Below are positions 24,441 through 36,574 of a DNA stretch of 64,000 bases, in pieces; within the stretch, counting starts at the first letter, position 1; each line of letters begins with the position of its first letter. The notes under the pieces are model-generated. The model did not search any database and had not been told where the DNA came from. It was given only the letters and a program-made list of their open reading frames with translations. The position numbers and the translations under genes were made by a program. The stretch comes from Eledone cirrhosa (Eukaryota): assembly GCA_964016885.1 (NCBI GenBank), contig OZ024741.1, positions 354,516,001 to 354,580,000 on the forward strand, given 5' to 3'.

Positions 24441-27400
24441 CCTGGGGTGCCAGGGAGGGGCATGTAACTCTGTAGGGGGGGGGGGGCTAGTCATGCCCTT
24501 TTCAGGACAGCTCATACTGCATTGGGTCCCACCTGATACTCAGCTCTCACCTGTGGCTCCAAGAAGCTGTAGCATGCGACAGCGGCCACACCCTGGTAAA
24601 CCGCCTTGGCTGGCGGGCCAAACTAGGTTGAGGGTAGCCGGACAAGTCTGAAACCCCCCGATGAGTTAGATAGGGGATGCCTGCCCCTGCATGCGAAGAC
24701 TGGACCCGGCAGAGTGAGTGGAGGACGACAACAGTCACAAAGGCGGCGACAGCAAATGGTGTGGAGCGCTAGGGCACGGCAATGCACTACAGTCGTCGTG
24801 GTCATCCACTGCAGCCAAGGAAGTCCGTGGTTGTGACGGTCCTCCGTTCCACCGGATTCTGGCTTCTGCGGCCGAGTGAGTGGGAACGTCACTGTGCACT
24901 GGCCCTCCCACTATAAACCTTTCCCGCACAGGTTTCTTCTTTAGAGTGCACTCCCAAAGCCCTGTGGCGATGGGCGAGAGAGGCAGCGGTAACAGGTGGA
25001 GGTAACCTCTGGGAGTTGCCAGTCTCAAACCCACACGTGGGCGGCCTGGATGCACAAGTTGTTCTCCTCCTGACCCTGGGATGACAGAGGAGATCAGGCA
25101 TTCCACCGGGCGACTGAGCAGCCCTTTTCAGGGGAGCACTGCTCACCCTCGCACGAGGGGAGGGGCGATAAAAGGAGCCCTAACCAAATGCTCGTCCCAC
25201 ACAAAGCTGGCCAATCTACCACGGCTGGCGGTTTTACCCTTGCAAGCGGTCGAAACCAACATAATAGAAAGAAGAACCTCCTTGAGGCTAGAGAGAAGAA
25301 CTGCCCTCATAGCAAGGGAATTAGCTTGCTACCGGATCGACATAGCCGCCGTCAGCGAGACTAACTTGCCGAAGAAGGATCAGTAGCAGAACCGAAAGGA
25401 GGCTACACCTTCTTCTGGAAGGGCAATGCAAGGACGAGGACAGAATCCACGGGGTAGGCCTGGCTATCAGGACTTCACTCTGCAAGCAGCTACCAGACCT
25501 CCCAACACCTGATGAAGCTCTGCTTCCCCCTCGACCCATCTCGGCATGTCACAGTCATCAGCGCGTACGCCCCCACTCTCACCAGCAGCGATGAAGCAAA
25601 GGACGCTTTCTACGGGGAACTCAACGCACTCGTGAAGGGCGTTCCCCCAAGCGATAAACTCATCCTACTGGGGGACTTCAACGCAAGAGTCGGGTCTGAC
25701 AGAAGCAACTGGAGAGGCATTCTGGGACCTCATGGCACAGGGAAGCTGAACTCTAACGGCCTCATACTGTTGAGTTTCTGCGCCAAGAACGACCTCACCA
25801 TCACCAGCACACTGTTCCACCAGGTAGACAAGTTCAAGACGACATGGATACACCCCAGATCCAAACAGTGGCATCTGATTGACTTTGCCATATGCCGCAG
25901 AAGGGACATCTGTGACGTCAGAATCACCAGGGCCATGCGTGGTGCAGAGTGTTAGACCGACCATCGCCTTGTCAGAACCATCCTGTCACTGTACATCACC
26001 CCGACGCATCGCAAGACTCCGAAAGTCTGTAGACCACTTTCGACGTCGCACGACTCAAGCAACCAGAGCATCGTAATGCGTTCGCGGAAGACCTAGACGG
26101 CCGGCTGACTGCCCATGGACCACTGACCGGACCCCCAACTCAACAGTGGGACCAGTTCAGGTCGCTGGTGACAGAGTCAGCCAAGGCAACCATCGGGCCG
26201 AGGAAGAGAGTTCACCAGGACTGGTTTGATGAAAACGATGAGCGCATCAGACAACTCCTGGACAAGAAGAGGAGGGCTTTCATTGAGTTGCAGAATGACA
26301 GCTCCTCCACCTCGAAGCACCTCCAGAGGCAGACCCAAGCAGCGTTACGCAGAATGCAGGACAAGTGGTGGGAAAAGAAGGCCAAAGAAGTCGAGAGATA
26401 CGCTGACACAAAGAACTCCAAGATGTTCTTCAGCACCATCAGGGACGTGTACGGACCCCCCACCCCCAAGCCTGTCACCACACCGCTGCTGGCTGCTGAT
26501 TGCTCGATCCTGCTGAAGGAGAAGAGCAGCATCAACTCGAGGTGGAGAGAGCACTTCAGCAACCTGGTCAACAGGCCCTCCACTGTCGACCCTGCTGCCC
26601 TCAACCAGGTCCCACAGAAGCCCGTAGTCGGCAGCCTCAACCTCCCCCCACCCCCCACATTGGATGAAGTCACGAAGGCAATCAGCCAGACCAGCTCAGG
26701 AAAGGCTCCTGGGAAAGACGGGATTCCTGCCGAGATCTTCAAGTAACCCGGTCCAGCTGCCCTGAGGGCCTTCCGCACCCTCCTCGTCAGCATATGGGAG
26801 GAAGAAGAGGTGCCCAAAGACTTCACGGATGCCACAGTTGTCTCGCTTTTAAAGAACAAAGGCAGCAAAACTGACTGTGGCAACTATCAGGGCATTTCTC
26901 TCCTCTCCATAGATGGGAAGGTCCTGGCTCCTGTCATGCTCAACCACCTCATTGCCAACATCTCGGAACACAACCTGCCTGAGGACCAGTGTGGGTTCCG
27001 CCCAAACCACAGCACGATCGACATGATCTTCTCTGTATGCCAGGTGCAGGAGAAGTATGTCAAGCAGAACATGGAACTCTTTGCTGTCTTCATAGACTTG
27101 ACAAAGGCATTCGACACTGTCAACAGAGAAGCCCTCTGGTCAATCCTGTCGAATTTTGGATGCCCGACAATGTTTTTGAACCTGATACGGCAATTCCGTG
27201 ACGACATGACCAGGCAGGTGCGCTTGGGCGGAGAGGCATCGGAGCCATTCAGAATCACCAACGGCGTCAAGCAAGGATGCGGGCTGGCTCCCGTCCTCTT
27301 CAACCTGTTCTTCACCTGCATGCTCAATCATGCCATCGTGCCATCATGCCATGAGGGACCTCGAGCACGGAGTGTATCTGCAATACAGACTAGACGGCTC

Positions 27401-28462
27401 CCTGTTTGACCTGCGGCACCTGACGGCCAAGACAAGGACCGTGCAGAGGATCATGCTGGAGGCACTTTTTGCTGATGACTGTGCCCTCGTGGTCCACAGG
27501 GAGTCTGACCTCCAACTCATCGTCAACAAGTTCGCGGAGGCCTCCTGCCTCTTCGGTCTCACAATTAGCCTTGGCAAGACTGAGGTCCTGTTCCAGCCTG
27601 CACCTGCCTCCGTCACCCACCCTCCTTCCATCTCCATCGGAGGCACCTAGCTAAAGACGATGGACGACTTCAAGTACCTCGGCAGTATCATCAGCAGCGA
27701 TGGAAGCCTCGACAAGGAGATAAACGCCAGAATCTGCAAGGCCAGTCAAGCCCTCGGCCGCCTGAGGACACGCGTCCTGAACCAGCACAACATCAGGCAG
27801 TCCACCAAGCTCAAGGTGTACAAGGCCTGTTCTCACCAGCCTCCTCTACGGATGTAAGACATGGACCCTGTACAGAAGGCACCTGAAGCAGCTGGAACGG
27901 TTCCACATGCGCAGCCTGCGGTCAATCATGAACATCAAGTGGCAGGACAATGTCTCCAACAACGAGGTTCTTGACATGGCTGAGTCAACCAGTGTCGAAG
28001 CTATGATACTGAAGAGCCAACTTCAAAGGGTGGGACATGTCATCCGGATGGATGATCACAGGCTTCCAAAGCAACTGATGTATGGGGAACTCTGTTTGGG
28101 GAGACGAAAGCGGGGCAGGCCTCTCAAGAGGTTCAAAGACTGCGTGAAGTCCAGTATCAACAACACTGGAATCGCGCCAAAACAACTTGAGTTTCATGCT
28201 GAGGACAGGACTGAGTGGTGAGCCCTTACCAGACGCGCCAAAGACTCTTTTGAAGAGAAGAGACGGGCAGAGGTCACTGAGGCCCGTGAAAGGAGGAAAA
28301 AGGCATCAACAGCTGCCCCAAGCGACTCTGGTCTCTTGCCCTGCCCCCACTGTCCCCGGACCTGCAAGTCAAGGATCGGCCTCCACAGCCACCTTTGTGC
28401 CTATGGCAGATGGGAATTAAAGTAAAGAAGATGTCATCATCGTTTACGATGGTCAACCAAGA
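24441..28462 (+). mobile_element. Near full-length RTE/BovB-like LINE (APE endonuclease, RT, C-terminal C2H2-like finger), inactivated by stops and frameshifts
   Basis: ERRTALIAREL, ISAYAPT, LLGDFNARVG, WHLIDF, FIDLTKAFD, GVKQGC, LFADD, FKYLGS, CPHCPRTCKSRIGLHSH; 3' end gtcatcatcgtttacgatggtcaaccaaga. Confidence 0.93.
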
Positions 28463-28804
28463 TTTGGAGCAAAATTTAACAAAGCTTTTTTTCATAAAAT
28501 TATAATGGAAGGTTTTTATATGATTGAAAGTATTTTAAAATTAATAGCTTTGTATTGTAAATCCAGGGGTAGTTTTAGACAGTTTGGTATCAAAAGGGTT
28601 AAGCTGCTGGAAAGCAATAGCCAAATCTCTCTCACATCACACTCAACTGTCTTAAATAAAGGATATAGTAGACAATGTTCTTGATATACAAAAAGACAGG
28701 TGGTCAAGATTGGAAGACTTTTCATCATAGATCTGTTTGATCAGGAATGATCTGGAGCTAAACAATAACAACCAAGTTTACTCTATTGTCTTAAATTAGG
28801 AAAT

Positions 28805-29070
28805 GACACATGAAGCATGGAACAAACTACCTGCATCAGTTATTAGCTGTCGACACACTGAATCCTTTAAAACCTCCATGCTTCCTGAGATTCACCAACA
28901 CTACACCTAATATTCCCCCTCCATACACACGAACGCATGTATATCATGACTCATACACTATTCACTTCCCTGACATTTATATATTATTCTATGTACTATA
29001 CATGCACCTTTGATGGGTTGTAGTGCACCTGAGCACTGCACACAATAATTTCATTATTATTATTATTATG
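28805..29070 (+). mobile_element. CR1/L2-type LINE 3' end with (ATT)n tail (second copy at 63490-63770)
   Basis: EAWNKLPASV..SFK peptide then a shared 3' UTR ending ttcattattattatt in both copies. Confidence 0.65.
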
Positions 29071-30189
29071 ATATTAAAAAAAAAACATGCATATAAACTA
29101 GGAGAAAACTGCCTAGAAAGTGATGTTTCTCAATGTATTCTTAATAATTAATTGAAGCGATATTATTTTAAAATATATTTTAAAAGAAACTATTTTGTGA
29201 AGTAACTGCTGAAGAAGATATTTTTTAAAAATCTAATTAGTCTAAAATGGCTGAGTCTTGGCAGAGTTACAGAATATTTTTGCTTTGCTTTGATTAACCA
29301 GCAATTAAAACAACATCCCTAAAGAAAGTATTCAGCAATATAAACTGATTTTTTTTCTTTTAAGTGGGACAATATTTTAATAATTTAATGCACCTTCTCT
29401 CCCCATCCAATTTATTTGAATAAAATTGTGTCATTCTAGATATTTCTTCATTTCTGTGTCAGGTTTATAAACATGACTGAAGAATCTGTTCACTCTTAAC
29501 TCTTTTAATACCAAATGGCCTTTGGTTCTAGGATACAAAACTATCCATTTCAATGTGTTATTATTATATATTAAAATCATCATATAAGGTGGTGGATTAG
29601 CAGAATATGTAGGGCGCTGGAGAAAATGCTTTGCAGCATTTAGTGATGGCGCTTTACATTCTGAGTAACTGCCAATGTCAACTTTGCCTTTCACCATCTT
29701 GGGGTCGATAAAATATTGTACCAAGCAAGCACTGGGGTTGATTTAATCACCTCTTCCATACCCAAAATTAGCTGTTCTTGTGCTTAAATTAATAATTATT
29801 ATTTATGAAGAACTTCATAATTTGTTATGTTCTAACACCAACTTAATAATGAGAAAGTTTGTTATATTACTAAATCCCTTTAAATTACTGATTATTTTTT
29901 AAATGATTTGAAAAATCATACGCATACCTAGTCCTGTCTTCTTTATCCACCAACACTTACCACTTTATCCTGTAGGTCAACCTGGACTTGCCAGTTTTGT
30001 GGGTTTCTTTGGCTTTAGGAAGTCTCAAGTTGTAGATAACTAGATGGTAATCAGTTGACAGTTCAGCCCCTCTCTTAACATGAACATCCAACACAGATCA
30101 GAGACAATAACAAAATCAATTATTGATCTCTATTCCTCTTATACCATGTATATTTATACCATGTATATTTATACCATGTATATTTATAA

Positions 30190-31320
30190 ATGTCTCTGGC
30201 AAAGAGATGCAGGGAGATTGTTGTGTCTATGCTTGCTGATGAACAGTGCGGTTTTCGCCCCAGACACAGCACAACTGACTGATCAAATATTCACACTGCA
30301 GCAGGTCTTCAAGAAATCATGGTAAAGAGGCATATTCTTGTTTTGTAGACCTCAAAAAGCCATATGACTGCATTCATCAGGACCTGCTGTGGAAGATTCT
30401 GCAGGAGTATGGGATCGATGGTCAACTTCATGCTGTCCTGATGTCTTTATACGAATGCCTGAGTATTATTTGTGTTTGGATAAATGATGCTAAATCAAAA
30501 CCATTCAGTTTGGGAGTTGGACTCTACCAAGGGTGTGTACTCTCCTGTTCATTATTTTCATGAACAGGATTGACATACGCAGCTGGGTTGGAAGTGGTAT
30601 CACGACTGGCAGGTGTAAAATCAGTCAGCTGGAATTTGCAGACGACATGGTGTTGCTTAACTCGATAGAAGGGGGGATCTCTGACTTGCACTTGATAGGT
30701 TTGATGCTGAGTGCTGCATGGTTGGAATAAAAATCAGTGCTGTGAAAACTGAAACACTCGTCCTCTCAAGGAAGCCTGTGCAATGCATTCTACATGTGAA
30801 TAGAATTCCACTGAAGCAGGTGGAGAAGTTCAAGTATCTCAAGGCCATGTTCACGAGTGATGGAAGGCAGGAGACTGAATTAAGTGCAAGAATTGCAGGA
30901 GCTGGTGCAGTAATGCACCAGCTTCAACATTCAGTAATCAGAAGAACTTGCTATTTTCAATTTGGTGTTCATGCCAACCCTTACCTATGGTCATAATCTT
31001 GGGTAATGACCGAAATAATATGATTGCGAGGCCGAAATGGGTCTTTGGAGTAATGTTACTTGATAGAGTGTGCAGCTAGGAGATTAGAGAGTCACTCCAG
31101 GTAGAGCCACTACTTCTCTGAATTGACAGATCATGGCTCCGATATTATGGGCAGATGGTTAGAATGTCTCAGGAAAGAATCCCTGGACAGATTTTACGGA
31201 CAAAACCAACCGGCAGGAGACACAAGCAAGATGGTCAGATAACATGCATGAGCTCAGCTGGTCTCACTTGGGGATCCAGCCGGATCAGTTCGAGACAGTT
31301 GCTTCTGACAGGACCAACTC
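30190..31320 (+). mobile_element. Degenerate RTE-clade RT fragment (third family)
   Basis: TDQIFTLQQV, FVDLKK, LLFIIFMNRI, LEFADD, KQVEKFKYL spread across broken frames. Confidence 0.8.
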
Positions 31321-31404
31321 TGAAGGGAAGTAAAATGATTATATTGGTACTAATAGGACAGACAAAATTGTTAGTGCATTGCAGTATTTCATTATTAGTT
31401 ATGA

Positions 31405-31592
31405 GGGGCAGTGGATTGGCAGTATCGGTAGAGAGTTGGACACCATGCTTTGACACACAGAGTTATGGCCCTTGCCATTCTGAATTCAAATCCTGCCGAG
31501 GTTAACTTTGCCTTTCATCCTTACGGGGTCGATAAAATAAAATACTAGTAATGTACTGGGTAATTGCTGGCCTTGTGCCAAAAGTAGAAACA
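31405..31592 (+). mobile_element. Meta/MESC-core SINE, 14-bp TSD (other copies 14320-14490 -, 29585-29800, 31610-31760, 45750-45895 -, 46735-46940, 54925-55080, 60025-60210, 62112-62329)
   Basis: gcctttcatccttacggggtcgataaaataaa core; TSD attattagttatga at 31391-31404 and 31593-31606. Confidence 0.85.
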
Positions 31593-32134
31593 ATTATTAG
31601 TTATGACTTTCTATATTCTAGTTTCAAATCCTGCCATGGTCAACTTTACTTTTCATCTTTCCAGGGTTGATAAAATAAAATATCAGTTAAGCACTGGAAC
31701 AATTTAATCAACTTCCTCCTCCTCTCCTCAAATTGCAGGCCTTGTACCTAAATCAGAAACTACAAGACACTATCAGGGGAATGAAAATGTTTAAAAAGGG
31801 ATATTCACTGGAAATGATGCTACTTATTGGTGGAGTTTTTATTGCAGTTGGTGCTCATCGTAGGGATTTAATCTCAGTAATGCAAACAGAAACTACTCAT
31901 CAATTACACAATGTTCTTCTGCTCCATATGATATATTATAATCATCTTCATCATCACTGTTTTAAGTCAATTTTCCATACTTACATGAGTTAAATGGATT
32001 GTCGTGTTCTGAGGGTAGACAGACAAATCAGATGACTGTATCTTGCTTATGCATTCCATTTCAACATGGTTCTATGGCTGGATGTCTTTCCTAACACCAA
32101 CCACATTATGGCAAGTACTAAGTTCATTTTCTTG

Positions 32135-32385
32135 TGTAACCAACACTACCATCTGACAGGATGAAATAAGTGCTTTGTTTTCATGGTACCATCACTACCA
32201 CTTTAGAGTGTGTGCTGGGTGCTTTTTTTCATGGTACCAGCACTACCACTTTACAGTGTGTGTTGGGTGTATTTTATCCTGGCACCAGCACTACTATTTT
32301 GCAGTGTGCACTGGGTGCATTTTATAATGGCACCATCACTACCACTTTACAGAGTGAGCTAGGTGCATTTTATCGTGGCAGTAGC
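32135..32385 (+). repeat. 48-bp tandem minisatellite (~5 units) inside an RTE-tailed SINE-like element
   Basis: Unit ggcaccagcactaccactttacagagtgtgctgggtgcattttatcat; related arrays near 620-710, 51290-51450, 53060-53200, 58140-58370. Confidence 0.8.
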
Positions 32386-33684
32386 AATTTCAATTTTTTT
32401 TTTTTCAAAAGGAAGGATCACTATGGTAAACATGTGAAGCCTTTTTATACCATCGTTGTTGGACTTCCCTTAGTTCCAGCAATGAGTGTCCCTTTTGTTT
32501 GGTCAATGGAATAACTTCCTTGTGAAATTATTATCATGCAAGTGGCTGAGCATTCCACAAACACATGTGCCCTTAACACAATTTTCGAGGAGATTTAGCA
32601 TGATACATTGTGTGACAAGGCTGGCTCATTGAATAACAGGTACAATTCAATTTTGCCAACTGAGTGGACTGAAGCAGCATGAAATAAAGTCTTTCTCGAG
32701 GACACCATGCACTGCTGGGATTCAAACCCTTGACTTTACAATCACGGGCCTTTACTTTTTAAGCCATTAGTTGTGACAGATAACACCACAATGAGGAGGA
32801 ACAGAAAAGACACTTAAATAGTGATGTCATGGTATTAGAGTATCAGATAAATTATTATTATAAAGTCCAACCAATGGAAAAATGGATGTAAAATCAATGA
32901 TAAGGATGAATTCATATATACTAGTCCTTTCAAGATTGGTAGGAGGGAGAATTCAAACCAACCGGCCAGAATTCTCTCACCTCTATCTGTTCAAACTGGC
33001 CATAACTGGCCACTCATACTGATATTAAGGTATTGTTCTCAAAATAAATAATATCAAAATCTCATAGATTCGATATTATGTGAGATAAAGCCTTTGTCGT
33101 GAAAATACAATAGTGTATATAGAGTAATGTATATGCTAAAGGGTTAAAACAGAAACCTCGTCCAAATCTTTGTAACAGAGTGGACTTGGCTAAAGCACCC
33201 AAGGACCAGGTGATACATTAAGTCTACCACCAAAGTAGAACATTTTGGCTGGGCTCTCTTTTGCAAAGCAATTTATCAGGATGATTTTATAAAATGTTTT
33301 CTAAATCTGATGCATACACAATTGAAATGTAGGAGGGCTGTGCCATCCAGTGCTTCCATTTTATAATGTCTGTTCAATCATGCCCCCCCCCCCCCCCCAA
33401 AAAAAAAACATCCTGTAGTATCTGCTATGAATTAGGAAACTCAGTAATAGACTAAGTACAGTAGTATTAATAGGATATCCTTCTTAAATGAGCCACCCAA
33501 GACCACTTTTGAAGCATGCAAACACATTCATCTGAGAAATAAAAAAAGCTTTAATTAAATTATTATAGACTTTCGATTTGGTGATTTTGAAAATGTATCA
33601 GATGGTAGCACTGGCCTGAAACATAAGGTTACTAAAAACCATCTTACATAATAATAGAGGGCAATCTCATCTTTCCTTGTGGCA

Positions 33685-33803
33685 GAATTGGTGGCACTTT
33701 CATGTGGCATCTAGTCCCTGAATTGGTGGCACTTTCATGTGGAGTCTAGTCGCTGAATTGATGGCACTTTCATATGGAGTCTAGTCCCAGAATTAGTGGC
33801 ATT
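33685..33803 (+). repeat. 35-bp tandem repeat x3.4
   Basis: gaattggtggcactttcatgtggcatctagtccct units at 33685, 33720, 33755, 33790. Confidence 0.85.
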
Positions 33804-35000
33804 GGCCCTTTTCATCTTAAAAAAGGTATTTCTCTATCAGCTAAAGACACTGGCCATGATCTTTTGGAATGTCTCACTCAGTTCATTAAAACATTCTCTT
33901 TCGAGAGTATTCTCTGCTATATACATCCCTTGTTCTTTGGTGTTAACATGTTTAGTTTCCTTAAACCTAATGATGATCTTCAGCTCATTACAATTAATTG
34001 TATTTTGTGGCACCTCATGGCAAAAATGTATTGGTCATCAGTCTAACACCACCTCTCTCTGGAATTTGCTGGACAGTCTTATCAAGAGCTCTCCATTCCC
34101 TCCTTTAGTGACCAGTACATGTTTCAGCTCAAGAATATAATAAAGGGACCACTTTGTCCTGGCTTATTTGCACTAGGCATCAACATCACTAGATTGAAGT
34201 CTGGCCTAGATTTGAATGTCTGGTATCTTGACAATGGTTGTTTGGAGGAACCCCACATAGGGTCCTCACTATAGGAAAACTGATTGAGGAATTTTATCAT
34301 TAAAGTCAACAGTTCCAATCATTTGGTTTGGCTTTGCAACATCAGTGAACTGTGAATCTGTTCCACTTTAACATGGTTCTTTTTCTATCACTGTGGCATT
34401 CCCTTAAAGCTCAAGTTTCTGATCTTGTTTTTGAGCTCAACTTCCTCTGAGTTGTCAAACCATAACCCTTTAGCAATTGCATTACTCTAAATATACTACT
34501 GTATTTTTGTGGTAAAGGCTTTACCTTACATAATTATCTCACATAATATTGAATCTATGAGATTTTGATGTTATTTATTTTGTGAACAATATCTTAACAT
34601 CAGTATGAGTGACAGGTTACAACTGGTTTGGTCAGAAGGAGGTGAAATAATTCTGGTTGGATGCAGCCAGTTTAACTGCTAAAGGGTTAAGCAATTACTT
34701 ATTGATGTAATTGAGCCCCAATAAGGCTTTTTTTTATCCTTAAGAATTTCCTGCTGATTTCTAAATTATTATACATCTTTAGAGCTAATCCCTCATTTAG
34801 AGTCTCAGTGTCACGGGAACGCTTTGATAACTTAATCTATTAGAAACTTAAAAGTCTCGTCAACATTAGACAATCACTGAAATCCTGTGATCATTGCACA
34901 CACCATTCATGGGTTTATGCTAATGTAAATATTCATATCTGTCTCTGTCCAGTTTCCTTTCTTCCTTTCATGCTTGCTCTTCTTTAATGGATAGCATTCT
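33790..35000 (+). mobile_element. Degenerate CRE-clade retrotransposon RT region, interrupted by a TTAA MITE (34462-34690)
   Basis: PLFFGVNMFSFLKPNDDLQLITINCILWHLMAK resembles FFGA.L.AL.K.DGG.RPIA.G..LRRL.AK; WYLDNG at ~34220. Confidence 0.55.
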
Positions 35001-35359
35001 GTACTTTTCAACACGGACTAGTTCCAACAAGAAGGTGGCTGAAGCTCTGATACAGTAGAGGGGGCTTGGTTTGTTAGTTCCAGAACAAGATTACACTGGC
35101 TCAGAGAATTTGGAAAAGTTTAACGAGTAAGTGGTCGAGCATTCTACAAACTTGTATGTCCATAACGTAACTTTCACGGAGATTAAGTGTGACACAGTTT
35201 GTGAGAAGTTAGCTCTTTGATTTACAGGTACAATCCATCCGACGGGCTTCTACCCAATTTCACTCGCAAAAGATGGATCGACAGAAATTATAGTATAATG
35301 ATTTATAGGGTTAATATAGTGTTAAAATGCCACTAGATTAATGACTTTTTTTTATTTAG

Positions 35360-35390
35360 GGTTCTCTGTTCATGAAAGAAGTAGATTCTG
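35360..35390 (+). other. GPATCH11: Candidate upstream GPATCH11 exon with in-frame ATG (35372) adding MKEVDSG
   Basis: ttttttttatttag acceptor, CTG|gtaaat donor; spliced to ataag|GA at 35536 gives GGA then the main ATG in frame. Confidence 0.35.
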
Positions 35391-35537
35391 GTAAATGTTG
35401 AGGGCGAAGCTTCGGCGCTAAAGCCGAGGGGTGTAGCATTTAACATATATTCAACACATTTAACACCTTTCGAGTTATCTCCCTTCCTTAGTGCTTGTAG
35501 CCATTGTTGTTTTCATTTATTTGTATCTTTATAAGGA

Positions 35538-35593
35538 ATGTCTACGGAAACTGAAGAAGATGATTATATGTCTGATAAATTTGTCGACAACTG
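35538..35593 (+). CDS. GPATCH11: GPATCH11 coding exon 1 (MSTETEEDDYMSDKFVDN)
   Basis: EEDDYMSD motif; TG|gtatgt donor, phase 2. Confidence 0.9.
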
Positions 35594-36492
35594 GTATGTG
35601 CTTGATAATAATAGATACTTTGGTAATCTTTTGTTTGGAGTATCATAAAAAGAAAAGAAAAAAATTCGGCAATAATGGGCAGCACTGATTAGAACTCTGC
35701 TATATAATGAAATTGAAAGATTGTTTATATATAGATTAACAAGATTAGGCTTTTTTTCTCTGGGTCTCTAATTCTACTGCTTTGCCTTGTAGAACTTATC
35801 TATTGGGCGGTAATTAACTGTAAACAAACTATTGTTATGTAGCAGGTTGGTGTTTGTATTGAAACAATAGTTAACTGGTATGACTATTTCAGAGATATAT
35901 GTTATGTACCAACAATCCTACACAGGTTGGAAGAAATGGTATAGTCGTGGAGACAGACGAATCCAAATTCAAGCACCACATGCATAATCGGGGTCGTTAT
36001 CGGCAGGGCCACTGGGATCTAGGGGTGGTGGAACATCACAGCCTTAGATGTGTTCTGGTGATTGTCTCGGATCGAAGTGTTTACACTCTATTATCTATTA
36101 TAATTTAGTGTGTTGCCAGACACTTGTATTATAACTGATCGTTGGTCTGCTGTGCTTATCAACAACAGACAAATGAGATATTATTCCGAGATAATTTCAT
36201 TTCAATTCCATTAATATATCGAATATAATAATTTTCTTTCAAATATTAAACATTAACAAATATATCATTCCGACACTATACATATATAGATAAATCAGGT
36301 ACCTTCCGGTTTTATTTTATTGCTGATTATATATATATATATGTGTGTGTTTGTGTATATTTATATATATGTAGTTAATAAATGAAACAAACAAAACACA
36401 GGAAGCAAATTTACAGTTATATTAGGTTCACGCTTGGAGGATTAACTAAGGTCCCTACTGAGGAGGAAACGTATATATATATATGTGTGTGC

Positions 36493-36574
<82 letters not shown>

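Noticed and set aside
32135-33803. 48-bp and 35-bp arrays as CRISPR
   Set aside because: Units are contiguous with no unique spacers, the context is eukaryotic and there are no cas genes
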